Below are positions 10,001 to 19,579 of a stretch of 64,000 nt of DNA, piece after piece. The position numbers and the translations under genes are program-made. The notes beneath the pieces are model-generated. The model saw only the letters and a list, made by a program, of their open reading frames with translations. It was not told the DNA's origin and ran no database searches. The first letter of the stretch is position 1. Each line of letters begins with the position of its first letter. The stretch comes from Calditrichia bacterium. Lineage in GTDB: Bacteria; Calditrichota; Calditrichia; JAJRVZ01. The stretch lies in NCBI GenBank assembly GCA_963796965.1, contig CAWCNS010000009.1, positions 384,001-448,000 of the forward strand, written 5' to 3'.

Positions 10001-10665
10001 TCTTGATCCTGGCTTTCCAACGATGCTTCCGGGATTGCCGGGTTCTTAAGAAAATATGGGAAAAGGTCGGGGAAAGAAGTGTTTATGAGTTGATACATGG
10101 CATGGATATCGCAAACATTGAACCGATTTCGCGATAGAGTAGTAAAATAGCCCTTCCAGAATTCCTCTTCATAAAACCAGGGTGAAATGGTGTCATCATC
10201 TTCAAGCTTCAAAAAAATATTATCAGCACGAATCTCCAGGGCTGGTTCAGCACTTTTGGCTTGGATGGTATTTAATATCACCATCCCTTTACCTGATTTC
10301 ATGTCAATCTGTTCAGCTAACTCGTAGATACCGTACATGAGTCCCACAGGATCCGATCCGTTGACGGATATCTTGTTTTCCTCTGCTATAATCTTAAATG
10401 ATTCCGGCTTTTCCCAATTTTGTTTATTCTCACCCTGTGATGAACTGATTACAATGATAAATGAGGATGATTCTGCTTTCTCTTTTCCATTATCAATAAG
10501 ATAATCAATCCCTTTTTCAGTCAGAGCTGTCTGAAGATATTTAAGTGCAAACTGAGGAGGGGAAGATAATTCACCCTGGATAGAGATATCAACCGAGGTT
10601 GCCCAATTGGTTTCGTTAAACAGCAAGTAAAAAGCTATACTTAACATAAAAATTTTAGAGAGCAT
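7090..10665 (-). CDS. Large secreted putative glycoside hydrolase (GH67/GH115-like N-domain, barrel, C-terminal beta-sandwich modules)
   Basis: Signal peptide; PESFKI...GSDPVGLMYGIYELAE is typical of GH20/67/115 N-domains; located in a glycan locus. The family cannot be assigned by eye. Confidence 0.6.
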   Translation of the reverse strand: MLSKIFMLSIAFYLLFNETNWATSVDISIQGELSSPPQFALKYLQTALTEKGIDYLIDNGKEKAESSSFIIVISSSQGENKQNWEKPESFKIIAEENKISVNGSDPVGLMYGIYELAEQIDMKSGKGMVILNTIQAKSAEPALEIRADNIFLKLEDDDTISPWFYEEEFWKGYFTTLSRNRFNVCDIHAMYQLINTSFPDLFPYFLKNPAIPEASLESQDQEKNLAMLNRIIELAEERGVHISLMDYALDFPGISHGDEDKMIAQTSWAVSEILKRCPKLWMFGFRIGESGKSEDFYKRSFLAGIAESGKENVRLYTRSWLAQFKDLAKIGMKYPENFYIEIKYNGEHLGAPYNAIQGRWGSYSYEKYLNYPRYWKVIWQIRTNGTHRIFPWCDTEFIKRCVQSSTFGNAVGFTLEPITAYYTQDPSQVFKNSEQVDFIDYMFERYWAWYLVWGRMAYDSETPERVFIHKFKKRFGEEAGEQIYGLTNTFSQILPLIYQHHCIGPDHRNMAPEFETGNNTDYKPKQPQIKNIDSFINSGVLDTQTHLSCADYVDAYMDHTVNGKVTPLEAADRLDALAQQCQDYLNKTDVSKSKNEWNILVNDVEALSNLAQYYAEKDRAACALQFYYHLGDPSQVTKARMHQERAISYWKVLAKVTEGQYKPLSDPLRMGKNFTWGRVLPDLVADLERIAEIENKIQRSDSSRISHIPVFFALAQEDLQLICGISGATPQNVILHYQIGTGSLQTQKCSSTNRWTFESNIPGENLLEGSYLRYWFSAEVNGKTITTPSEGAKKPDEVKFHTDDEGPVISIKSAEINKEERHVHIECMIDDPSGIVKAQLEWKPLPSDQVWAEPIPLKQLQNENFSARIPLTYEGVLYCVVATDNNGNTTRYPNPQTATPYLAVNPWDRGLPPDMQIYSIGELNNGLTGHEKQWGNISSMGRPGVFYEYDGKKGKVTFPFSVDVYSDYRLTIGAVVNQEYGRAKILVDNKAIDILNCQLDVGGYVPVQKDFYVPALTEGEHSLSLELIDNSKMGIEGFKLTPRPAMLKEFVISQSFPGFIGEEGKDKYPIGNKDIIWKPADIDVEGVVHLDAQLKPNENCYAFASSEIYCDKELETILRIGHNDGINVWLNGEIVYDYLRKHAFEYNMARIPINLKKGKNLLVLLVTQAGRNWMFNINLDTYDFHSKMPAL

Positions 10666-10684
10666 TATTTCAGTTCCTTTCACC

Positions 10685-12008
10685 CTACTTTAAAACAACT
10701 TTCTCCAGTTCTTCCAACGTTTTTCCTTTTGTCTCCACCAGGAATTTAATAAAGAAAATCAGACTGAAAATCGTAGCAATTGTATAGAATATAAATATGT
10801 ATCCGATACCGAACGCACCAATGGCTATCGGGAAGAGGAAAGCCGTTACTGCGTTAAAAAACCAATGTGAAAAAGAGCCAATTGCCGAAGCTCTGGCACG
10901 GATATTATTGGGAAACATTTCTGCCAGAATCACCCAAATCACAACACCCTGGGAAGAGGCGAAAAAGGCTACAAATCCAATCAGGTATATTAATACCAGA
11001 TATCCTTCAAAATCCTGCTTTAAAAAGGTTAGAGCAAAAAGGCCTAAGAAAACAGGCATCCCGATGGCGCCCATTATCAACAAAAACTTTCGACCCAGTT
11101 TATCAATAACCGACATGGCAATTATTGTAAAGACTAAATTCGTGGCACCTATCATCACCGTTTGCATAAGAGCCGATTCATTTCCAAAACCGGCAGATTT
11201 AAAAATAGTCGGTGTATAATAAAATACGACATTGATTCCGGTGAATTGGTTAAACATAGCCGACAGCAATTCCGATTAAGACCAGGCGGAGATAAGGCTT
11301 TTTAAAAAAAACCACAGTCCTGGAAAAAACCTCTTTATTGATAGATTCTTTAATTTCGCTAATAACCTGCTCTACATCAGCACCATGATTTACCGATTGA
11401 ATTACTGATTTTGCCTCATTAAATCGTTCCATCTTAACCAGCCAGCGAGGGCTTGCACTAACAAAAAACAATAACACAAAAAAGGCCAGCGCCGGAATTC
11501 CTTCAGCCAGAAACATCCAACGCCAGTTGCTTTCACCCAATCCAACGAGCAGATAATTTGAAAAGAATGCTGCCAAAGCACCAATAACGATAGCCAATTG
11601 AGTCGTGGCTACCATGCGTCCCCTGATTTTTGCCGGTGAAATCTCTGAGATATACATGGGAGACAGAACCGAAGCACCACCAACGGCGATTCCACCAATA
11701 AATCTAAAAGCAACAAAAACAGTCAACGTATTTGCCATTCCGGTTCCGACTGCTGAGATAAAGAATAAAGCGGCCATTACTTTCAGCATGTTTCGCCGGC
11801 CAAAGGCATCTCCTGGTTTTCCTACAAAGAGGGCGCCTACCACACATCCGATCAGCGCTGAACTCACCGCATAGCCAAGCAAGGTATCACTCAGCTGAAA
11901 ATATTCCGTAATAAATGGAATGGTGCCAGAGATAACAGCCATGTCAAATCCAAACAATAAGCCACCAAGTGCAGCAACAAAACTGTATACATATAATATT
12001 CGTTTCAA
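10685..12008 (-). CDS. Sugar porter family MFS transporter (one frameshift near 11262)
   Basis: GGLLFGFD, D.FGRR, PMYISEISP..RG, NQFTGIN, DKLGRK and ETKGKTLE, split over two adjacent frames. Confidence 0.9.
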
Positions 12009-12053
12009 AATATTTCCTTTAATTAATAAAGTTCATCCGATCGATGTATTATA

Positions 12054-15000
12054 TTAATTGACTGTCTTTACGGTTACAGGGCCCAGGAGACCTGCAGAAT
12101 GAAGTTTGCTATCCGGTTTAAAGGGATTAATGACACACCAGGTCTGTCTTTCTTTTTCCGGAAGACGGCTATCACCGATAAGGCGGTTGGCCCAGCTATT
12201 TACCACAGAGATTTCAACACTGTTTTTCCCTACTTTTACCATATCACTAACATTAATCTTAAAAGGAGCTATCCAGACACCACCTACCTCCTTGCCATTG
12301 ACCTTTACAGTTGCCAGAGCAGAAACTTTTCCCAGGTTCAGGAAAACCGATCGGGCTGGCAATTCAGGCAATTCAAAATGATTTTTATAAACAGTTGTTC
12401 CGGAATAATACTTGATACTATCGTTTGAAGAAATGGTCCAGTCGTATAATTCTTTCATTTCAACAGGTTTAACCGGACCTCGTTGAGAAACATCAAATGT
12501 CACATGCCAGGGGCCAGATAGCGTTGCGATTGTTTGGGGTTGTGGAAATTAGCTTCCACACCTCCTGCAACCGGAGGCCGGCGGCCTTGCTTAAAAACGA
12601 TAAACTGGCTCTGCAGGGCCTCTAGTTTCAAGGGCACCATAGTGACACCCGTCTTTTTCACTATAAACAGGTAAATCACGAATTGAACCATCAATAGCAT
12701 CCCACAATTGCGGTACCATCCCCTGAACTCTAAATTTGGGAGCAATATTGACTTCGCCATCACTCTGGTTGGTCAAAAAATAAATATGCAATCCCGGCAT
12801 ACTGCGATGGGTCCATAACACATGCTGGCCATCACCAATCTCAAGATCTTTGGTTAATGATATCTGATCAAAAAGTTCTGACAATCCAAATCCTTCTGCG
12901 ACGAGACCTTCACCGTACTGTGCAACTGCTTGCCATTTTTCACAGGTCCCGCCCACATCATTTCAGCCAACAGTTTTACTTTTCTGTCACATTCGGGATA
13001 ATTTTGCAGACTGGGTGATTTTTCAGGTTTGGGACCTAAGATGATGCCACCTTGTTTGACCAGCTCTTCAATTTTTTGGAGTACCTCGGGACGCATGGTT
13101 TTCAACGATGGGAGAACCATGACGCGATAACTTGTACCATCTGGTAACACAAATTTACCATCTTTGATACTAAGTCGATTGAGAATCACTTCTGCATTGA
13201 TATAGTCATAAGAATATCCCTGAGGTAATTCAGGATCCCTGCCCCCTGTCATGATTGGTGCATTTTCTCCGATGAAATAGCAGACATCAGCGACATAGTT
13301 CCCTTGCTGCAACATGTGCTGACAGCGCCTCAGGTAATCAAAATAGGATTTAGCCGCATTAAACCAGGTGTTGTGTCGGTTAAATTCAGTACTGAACCAG
13401 GCATTGACCCCCGGTTTTCTCTTATCATCGGGCTGATGAATATTCACATGCAATACCAGATGGTTAATGCCTTCTGTAAAACTCCAGTCCCCTCGTTTTT
13501 TTAACATGGCCGGATGTCGGCCAAAGGTATTGCCGCTTGCGGTAAAGGCCTCGGCGGAAGTGATCGGTTTTCCATAAATATGTGCGGCTGAAGAGGCTGC
13601 CTTGCATTCGATATTGCCTAATGAACCTTCGTTCCAAAACTCACCGCCGACCAGATCGGACTGACCACCATACATCAAAAATTCGGACGGGAATCCCCAA
13701 TGGCCATAATTTTCAAGCCAAAGTTTTAAATTATGTTCATTGCTGATTTCCCGCAAACCGCCCACATATTCTACAGCAACCGCATCTGCCACCCATCGGC
13801 GCAAGTCCCAAAGAAATCGCTCTGATTCTTCCACACTTCCGACAATTCTACCCGAAAACACAGGAAGGTATTTTACAGGATTATAGCCAAATTTTTGTTC
13901 AAATTTTTGTTCAAAACCATCTGTCCAGTTTTGAGAACCCATCTCATAACTATCTGCAATGACATATTTAAATGCACTTTTGCTTTCCTCAGGAATCCGT
14001 TTTAGGAATTCTCCGATATAGTGTTGGAAATGAAATCGTATCAATTCGCGATTGGCTTTGTCAATTTCATAACCTTTTCCCTGTGGTGCAGCCGGTGAAT
14101 TTTTTGTACCGGTAGGCGTCATACCAAAACGCAGGACCGTCCACTCTCCTTCAGGAACTTGCCAGGTAAGCAAACCGGAGCCATCCATATATTCGGAAAT
14201 GTCGCGCACATCATCACCTGCCACCTTCAGGCTTTTATCAGCAAACTCATCCTGGGCTTCCCAGATATAGCTATCCCAGGCCGGGAAAGGTGTGGGATGC
14301 ATTTTCCCCAAATGTTTTTCAACATAATGTTCTAAAATTTTCGATTCAGAAATAACGACTTCAGAAAATCCCACTTGTTTTATACCGTTTCAGATGGATT
14401 TCTTATTATCAATCGAAACAGTTTGGATGGTGTATCGGATATGGATATGGCAATCGGTGCAAATATTTCAGCACCTACATTGACTCCCGTATTACGTCTG
14501 TTAATCGCAAAGGATTTAACCGATACATACCTCCCCTCCATAAAAGCCAATAATTCGCATTCTACATCAAATCCTATTTTTGCTGGCTTTAGTACAAGGC
14601 TTTTTGCGTTTATTTTACTTTTGGATTTAATATCAATGGTATACCCTCTTGTATCAACATCAAACAGGAAAACCGTCGTCGTGTCCCCATCCAGCATATT
14701 TTTCGCCCCATCTTTATGAGGGTTTACCAAAATTTCAGAATTGAATTGGGTCAATTTCTTTTTCTCTATTTTCAATGCCGGAAAGGCCAGGACATGCGTA
14801 TCCATAAATTCTTTATTCGGTTGAGGCAATTGTACACTTATTTTCCCGGCACCCTTTATCGGCGTTTCTGAATAGGTGAGGTAACGCATTGCCATTTCAG
14901 GCTTTACCCATGGCCCTCCCGATTGACTCCACCCGGGACAGTTAAATGATCCAATATCTACGCCGATTCTCTTACCTTCGTTGACAGCGTGCACCATGCA

Positions 15001-15317
15001 ATCCCACCACTTTTCGCTGAGTAGAGGAACCGGTCCATCTACTTTTGAGGCGGATTGATATTGCCAATAAAAGCGGCCCCAATACCGGCCTGTTTCATTG
15101 CTTCCAGGTCTTTGGTAATTCCCTCTTTTGAAATATCATCATTGATCCAATACCAATAACACCATAGGTTATTACTCTCATGGGGAGTGACAAAGCCAGA
15201 TTGGATCGTTTTAATATCCGGGGTTGGCTGATCAGGCAAACTGCCACATCCGAGAATAATCAAGCCGGATAAAACCACAAATATTGCCCTATTTAATAGT
15301 GAGAATACTTTGAACAT
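12054..15317 (-). CDS. GH106 alpha-L-rhamnosidase-like lipoprotein (about 5 frameshifts)
   Basis: WYWINDDISKEGITKDLEAM, CPGWSQSGGPW, DSYEMGSQNWT, GEFW, AEAFT and C-terminal WANRLIGD..SAGLLGPV, spread over six collinear ORFs. Confidence 0.85.
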
Positions 15318-15381
15318 TATGGAGTCCTTTTTAGAATTTCTTAAGAGCCTGGTTAAGATTTAAATATATAATTGCACTGTC

Positions 15382-15631
15382 TTGACTACATGTTTACACA
15401 TATTTATAAATTGTGATATCCTGACGAGGTGTTATTACATGATTTGAATGTGTTTGCTGTCCTCTTGTCCCGAAACGGGATCGCGTCTCGGGAGAAGGAT
15501 CTTCCTCCATATAATGCCCTACTAAAATGGAGGAAGATGCTTTCAGCATGACACGATCCTTGTGTTCACTGAACATAAAACGAACTTTAATATTCTTCAA
15601 GTTTTGTCAAAAAGTGTAAACACATGGTCAA
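15382..15631. mobile_element. MITE-like element enclosing a REP-like palindrome
   Basis: 18-bp terminal IR TTGACTACATGTTTACAC / GTGTAAACACATGGTCAA (15/18 match). Confidence 0.55.
15458..15553. repeat. TGTCAT...ATGACA REP-like palindromic unit, copy 1 (with 26-nt inner hairpin)
   Basis: Collinear with 42751-42847; contains the stem ATCTTCCTCCAT / ATGGAGGAAGAT. Confidence 0.8.
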
Positions 15632-15674
15632 ATCAACACAATTTATTAAATACCATGGGTATCTTTATGACATT

Positions 15675-18600
15675 TCATTCAAACATCAGTTTAAAAGTCT
15701 CAATAGCATTATGACCAATACGAAATTTCAATTTACCATTCTCCAATTCAACTTTTTTCCCCTCTTGCTCAATGATGTTGGTATGCTCTGCTGATTTTAT
15801 GGGTTTGAATAATTTTATGGATACATCTGTATCTTTTCCATTCGTTTCATAACAGCGCAGTATCATTCCTTTACCATCCTCCGCTTTTTTCAGTATTGAG
15901 ACCATAACATTTGGGGCTGAAACTTTTAGAAAGGAATGAGAGTCAGGTAGGTCGCCACTTGTTGATTGCCCTGGCAAAACCATGAGTGGTGTATTGTGTT
16001 CCCAACCAAACCGTGTGGCTTCGCCTGACACCAATGTCCCTTGATGCGTACCGATGGCAAATCGATACATGTGTTCACCCTCCTGAGTGAAATAGAGTTC
16101 CGGATCGCCACAACTGAAAACACTGCGCAGAAGAATTGGTTGAATAACAAAATCGGTTTTTAAAAGCAACGGATCTTCAAGGGCGATACGTTTAAAGAGA
16201 TTATATTCTCCACTGAAAGACATGGCAAACGTACTCTCTTCCATTTCCCCTTTTATGGTTCGCGCATCATGGAAGCGGGGATCTCGCCTGTCTTTAACAT
16301 CAAAAGGTGTCACCTCAGTCGCCAGGGTTATCCCCATTTTATCATTAGAAAGATCGATCCAATTGTTTGTTGCCCGGACGGTGGGGTGGCTTGCTTTCAG
16401 CTGCCGGACTTTCCTTTCCATATTCCACGGCTCCAAATGGAACCTCATAAGTGAGGCGGGAATTTTTTAATTCAAATGGAAAAACAGCATTGACCTGAAT
16501 TTTCTTTTGTCCGTTCCAATTCAAAGTCGTCTTGAGATCTATCCTCGATAATGACGCATAGAGGGAAATTTCTTGTATTCTTTCAGAATGTAAGATTGAC
16601 CCTTTTATCTGAATTGTTGCTCTGATGGGACCGGATTCTATTAACTTTACGGAAGCCGGTTTCTCTCCCATACGCCACCAGTTGTCGGTAAATTCTTCAC
16701 CTTCATCGACGCCCAGATTCTCGAGGGCAATTAATTCATTTCCCTGGTATTTGGTGGTATTTAATATTTCAAGGTTATTCAATTTGTCGAAAATGCTGGA
16801 GATGCCTCCGGATTGGGCATCAATGCTAATTCTGAAAAAGTGGTTTTCCAAAGTTGATTGATCAGCCGTTAATTGTGTTTTAGTCCGGTTTGGCCCGGGG
16901 GCAAGATAATAGGTAGCGTAACCAAGCGAAGGAAGATCCCCTTCAAAAAGTACTTGTGCCCGGGAAATGCTACCATCGGGGTACGTATCCAGAACCTTAA
17001 TTTGTGCAGGAATATCTTTACCTGATCCGTCAAGCAAATGCAGTTCGGAAATCCCCTTTTCTTGCACAGAGGTCACATAATCGACAATATCTGATCTTTG
17101 CCAGGCCAAACTATTAAAAACAACCAAAGGAATTCCTAAATCTTTACAGTGGATACGGGAAGCCAGGGTGGTTAATGTGTTTGATCTTAAATCATCAGCC
17201 AGGCGAAACGTTTCCCGCGCCCTGGCAAGTTTTACGGCATCGCTGATATCCCCATCGGTGCCGCCCCAATTATGTTCATGAACCCATAACTTGCCCTTCC
17301 AAACATTATCAATCCCCATTTTCGGATAGTCATAGCTGGAGACCAATAGATCATTTACCGCAGAAAATTTCTCGGCAGCAGTTACGAATGCTTCAGCGTG
17401 TCTGGTCAGCATAAAGGCGTCGTTTTCTACGGATTGGGTCCCGGCCCACCAGCAGGGTAATTCCCCGGTCATCGTTTGAATTTTTCCCTTGCCCTGGCTT
17501 ACCGCGTTTTCAACCGCTTTAAAATATTCATCTACAGATGCGATTTTTACTTTGGGATAGCCGAACACCTTGTTCCAGAGTTTTGCATTCTGTCCTACAC
17601 GGGGATCAGGAATAGAGCAGTCAGCGCCATCAGCCATCATGATGACAGGTGGCAGATCCCATTCGTTATTATGTTGTATTTCCCATTGCACAAAATCTTT
17701 GAATTTATTGGCGGCGGTCAGGAAAGCATCGGTGCGCAGGATTTGACCGGCGCTGTAATTCCCGGGACAACTGGTTACTAGTACATCAGAACCATCAGGG
17801 GACTGCCAACGGAAAATATGCGGACCAACATACCCGGTGACATTAAGATTATTTTCAGGCCTCAAGAGCACTTTCCAAATTATGAAATTTTTTATGCCTG
17901 CTTTAGATAATATCTGCGGCATTTGTAACGTATGTCCTGGTTCATCAACATTCCAGGCCATTTCTGTATTAATACCAAACGTATTTAAAAGCCACAGTTT
18001 ACCAAAATATATATTTCTGACCAGACCTTCTCCGCCTAATAATAACTCGCTTGGACCAAAGTAGAATCCACCACATTCTAAAATATTTTTATGTAGTAAA
18101 TCTCTGACCTCTTCGATTCGATCAGGATTACGACGCAAAAACTCCTCAAGTACAAACACATCTTCTTCCGAAAATTTAAACTCGGGTAAATCCTTAAGAA
18201 TATTGATCGATTCCGATATGGCTTGAATATTCAAATTTGTGCTGACTTCCGGTGTAGCCGGCCAGGATAAATCCGCATGCGAGTGCGGCACAATGTAAAC
18301 CTTAAGATCAGGATACTGGGGAAGGTTTGGACGGGCAGCTTTCACATGAATAACTTTGTTCTCATTACTCTCCGTTATTTTTAAATCAACATTTATTTCT
18401 TTTCTTACCTCGGATATATTCATTTCAGATTTGGCAATTAACCATACCGTTTCACCTGGCTTAATCGTATCCCAAACCGTGCGGCTGCTGTCTCTTCGCA
18501 CTGTTGGTAAAACATCAAAAAACACCGGTCCGATAGGCTTTTTTGTCGGATTGTGGGCAAGTACTGAAAAAATATCGATTAATGATGTTTCCGATGTCCC

Positions 18601-19257
18601 ATTTGGAATTGACGAAACAAGCGGATCTGTAAAAAAAAGACGGTTTCCAATCGAGTTGAGGTCCTCTATACGAGCATATAACCACCAACCGCCGCCGATC
18701 TGGTCCACTTTTGCAAGCAGCCGGTTTTCCCCTTTTTGCAGAGACACCGGAGTCAAATCATCATCAGGACCGGCTGCCCTTGGCTGGGAACAATAATGTA
18801 CCAGTTTGCCGTTAAGCCATACTTTCAGGCGGTCATTACTGCCAGTTTTTAACAACGCATAGGTTTCCCGCTCACATTTGATCGTAGCATATGCATAAGC
18901 GACATTCATTTGATTAGGCTGAAGCTGTGTGAGAAAATCCAGTTTGCCGGCATCATCGGCTTTTATTTTCCGCCATGATACCTGACCCGACGGAACGGAC
19001 GCACTGGCGTGATGGAGAGCAGGGGATGGGATTATATTGGCTTCACCACCATGTTCAACCAGAAAATCTGTATCAATGCCCCTTCCCATTTCATTTGAAA
19101 AAGGACCACATACAAGCCAATCCATAATGAAGACATTTGATTCATATACCAATTTTGGTCCATCGGAAGCATGTACATATGAAGAGAACAGGGAGATTAA
19201 AGAGATAACCAAAAGGGGCATCGTTATTTTTGACAATAAGGAAATCTGTCGTTTCAT
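15675..19257 (-). CDS. GH38 alpha-mannosidase-like protein with N-terminal beta-sandwich module (one frameshift near 16400)
   Basis: VPHSHADLSW, AWNVDEPGH, FRWQSPDGS, VFNSLAW.R, LKKAEDG..ILRCYE. Confidence 0.88.
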
Positions 19258-19399
19258 TGTTGATTCTCCTTTGACATCAAGTATTTACAAAGTAATCCAT
19301 TTTGATTTTGCGTTCGGGAAGATTAAAAAAAACATTTACAATTTATATATATAGACGCTGTCGATTTTCTAATGATCTGCTTAATTGTTTAGCTGATTT

Positions 19400-19522
19400 T
19401 TTACCACTAAGCACACCAAGAAGGCACAAAGTACTCAAAGAAATATTTCTTAATAAAAACTTTGTGATCTTTGTGCATTCTTGGTGAACTTTTGCCAAAG
19501 GCATCCCTATGGGAGTGGTAAA
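19400..19522. repeat. ACCAC-type inverted-repeat element with 22-nt hairpin insert
   Basis: The 41-nt left arm pairs with the right arm once 19493-19514 is removed. Confidence 0.8.
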
Positions 19523-19579
19523 TCTTTTTAATTATGAACTGTCGGCAGTTCTATCCGCGAAGAGCGAACTCGAAATTCT

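Noticed and set aside
12054..15317. Six separate genes or programmed frameshifting in the GH106 region
   Set aside because: The fragments are collinear parts of one family with no consistent slippery motif. Sequencing error is the simpler explanation.
15341..15365. Possible IS5-like end TAAGAGCCTGGTTAAG
   Set aside because: No partner end or target duplication was found.
15394..15600. 68-aa ORF
   Set aside because: It lies wholly within nested palindromic repeats and has no protein features.
19351..19554. Possible outer IR around the 19400 element (TAGACGCTGTCGA / TCGGCAGTTCTA)
   Set aside because: The match is short and gapped, with no clear target duplication.
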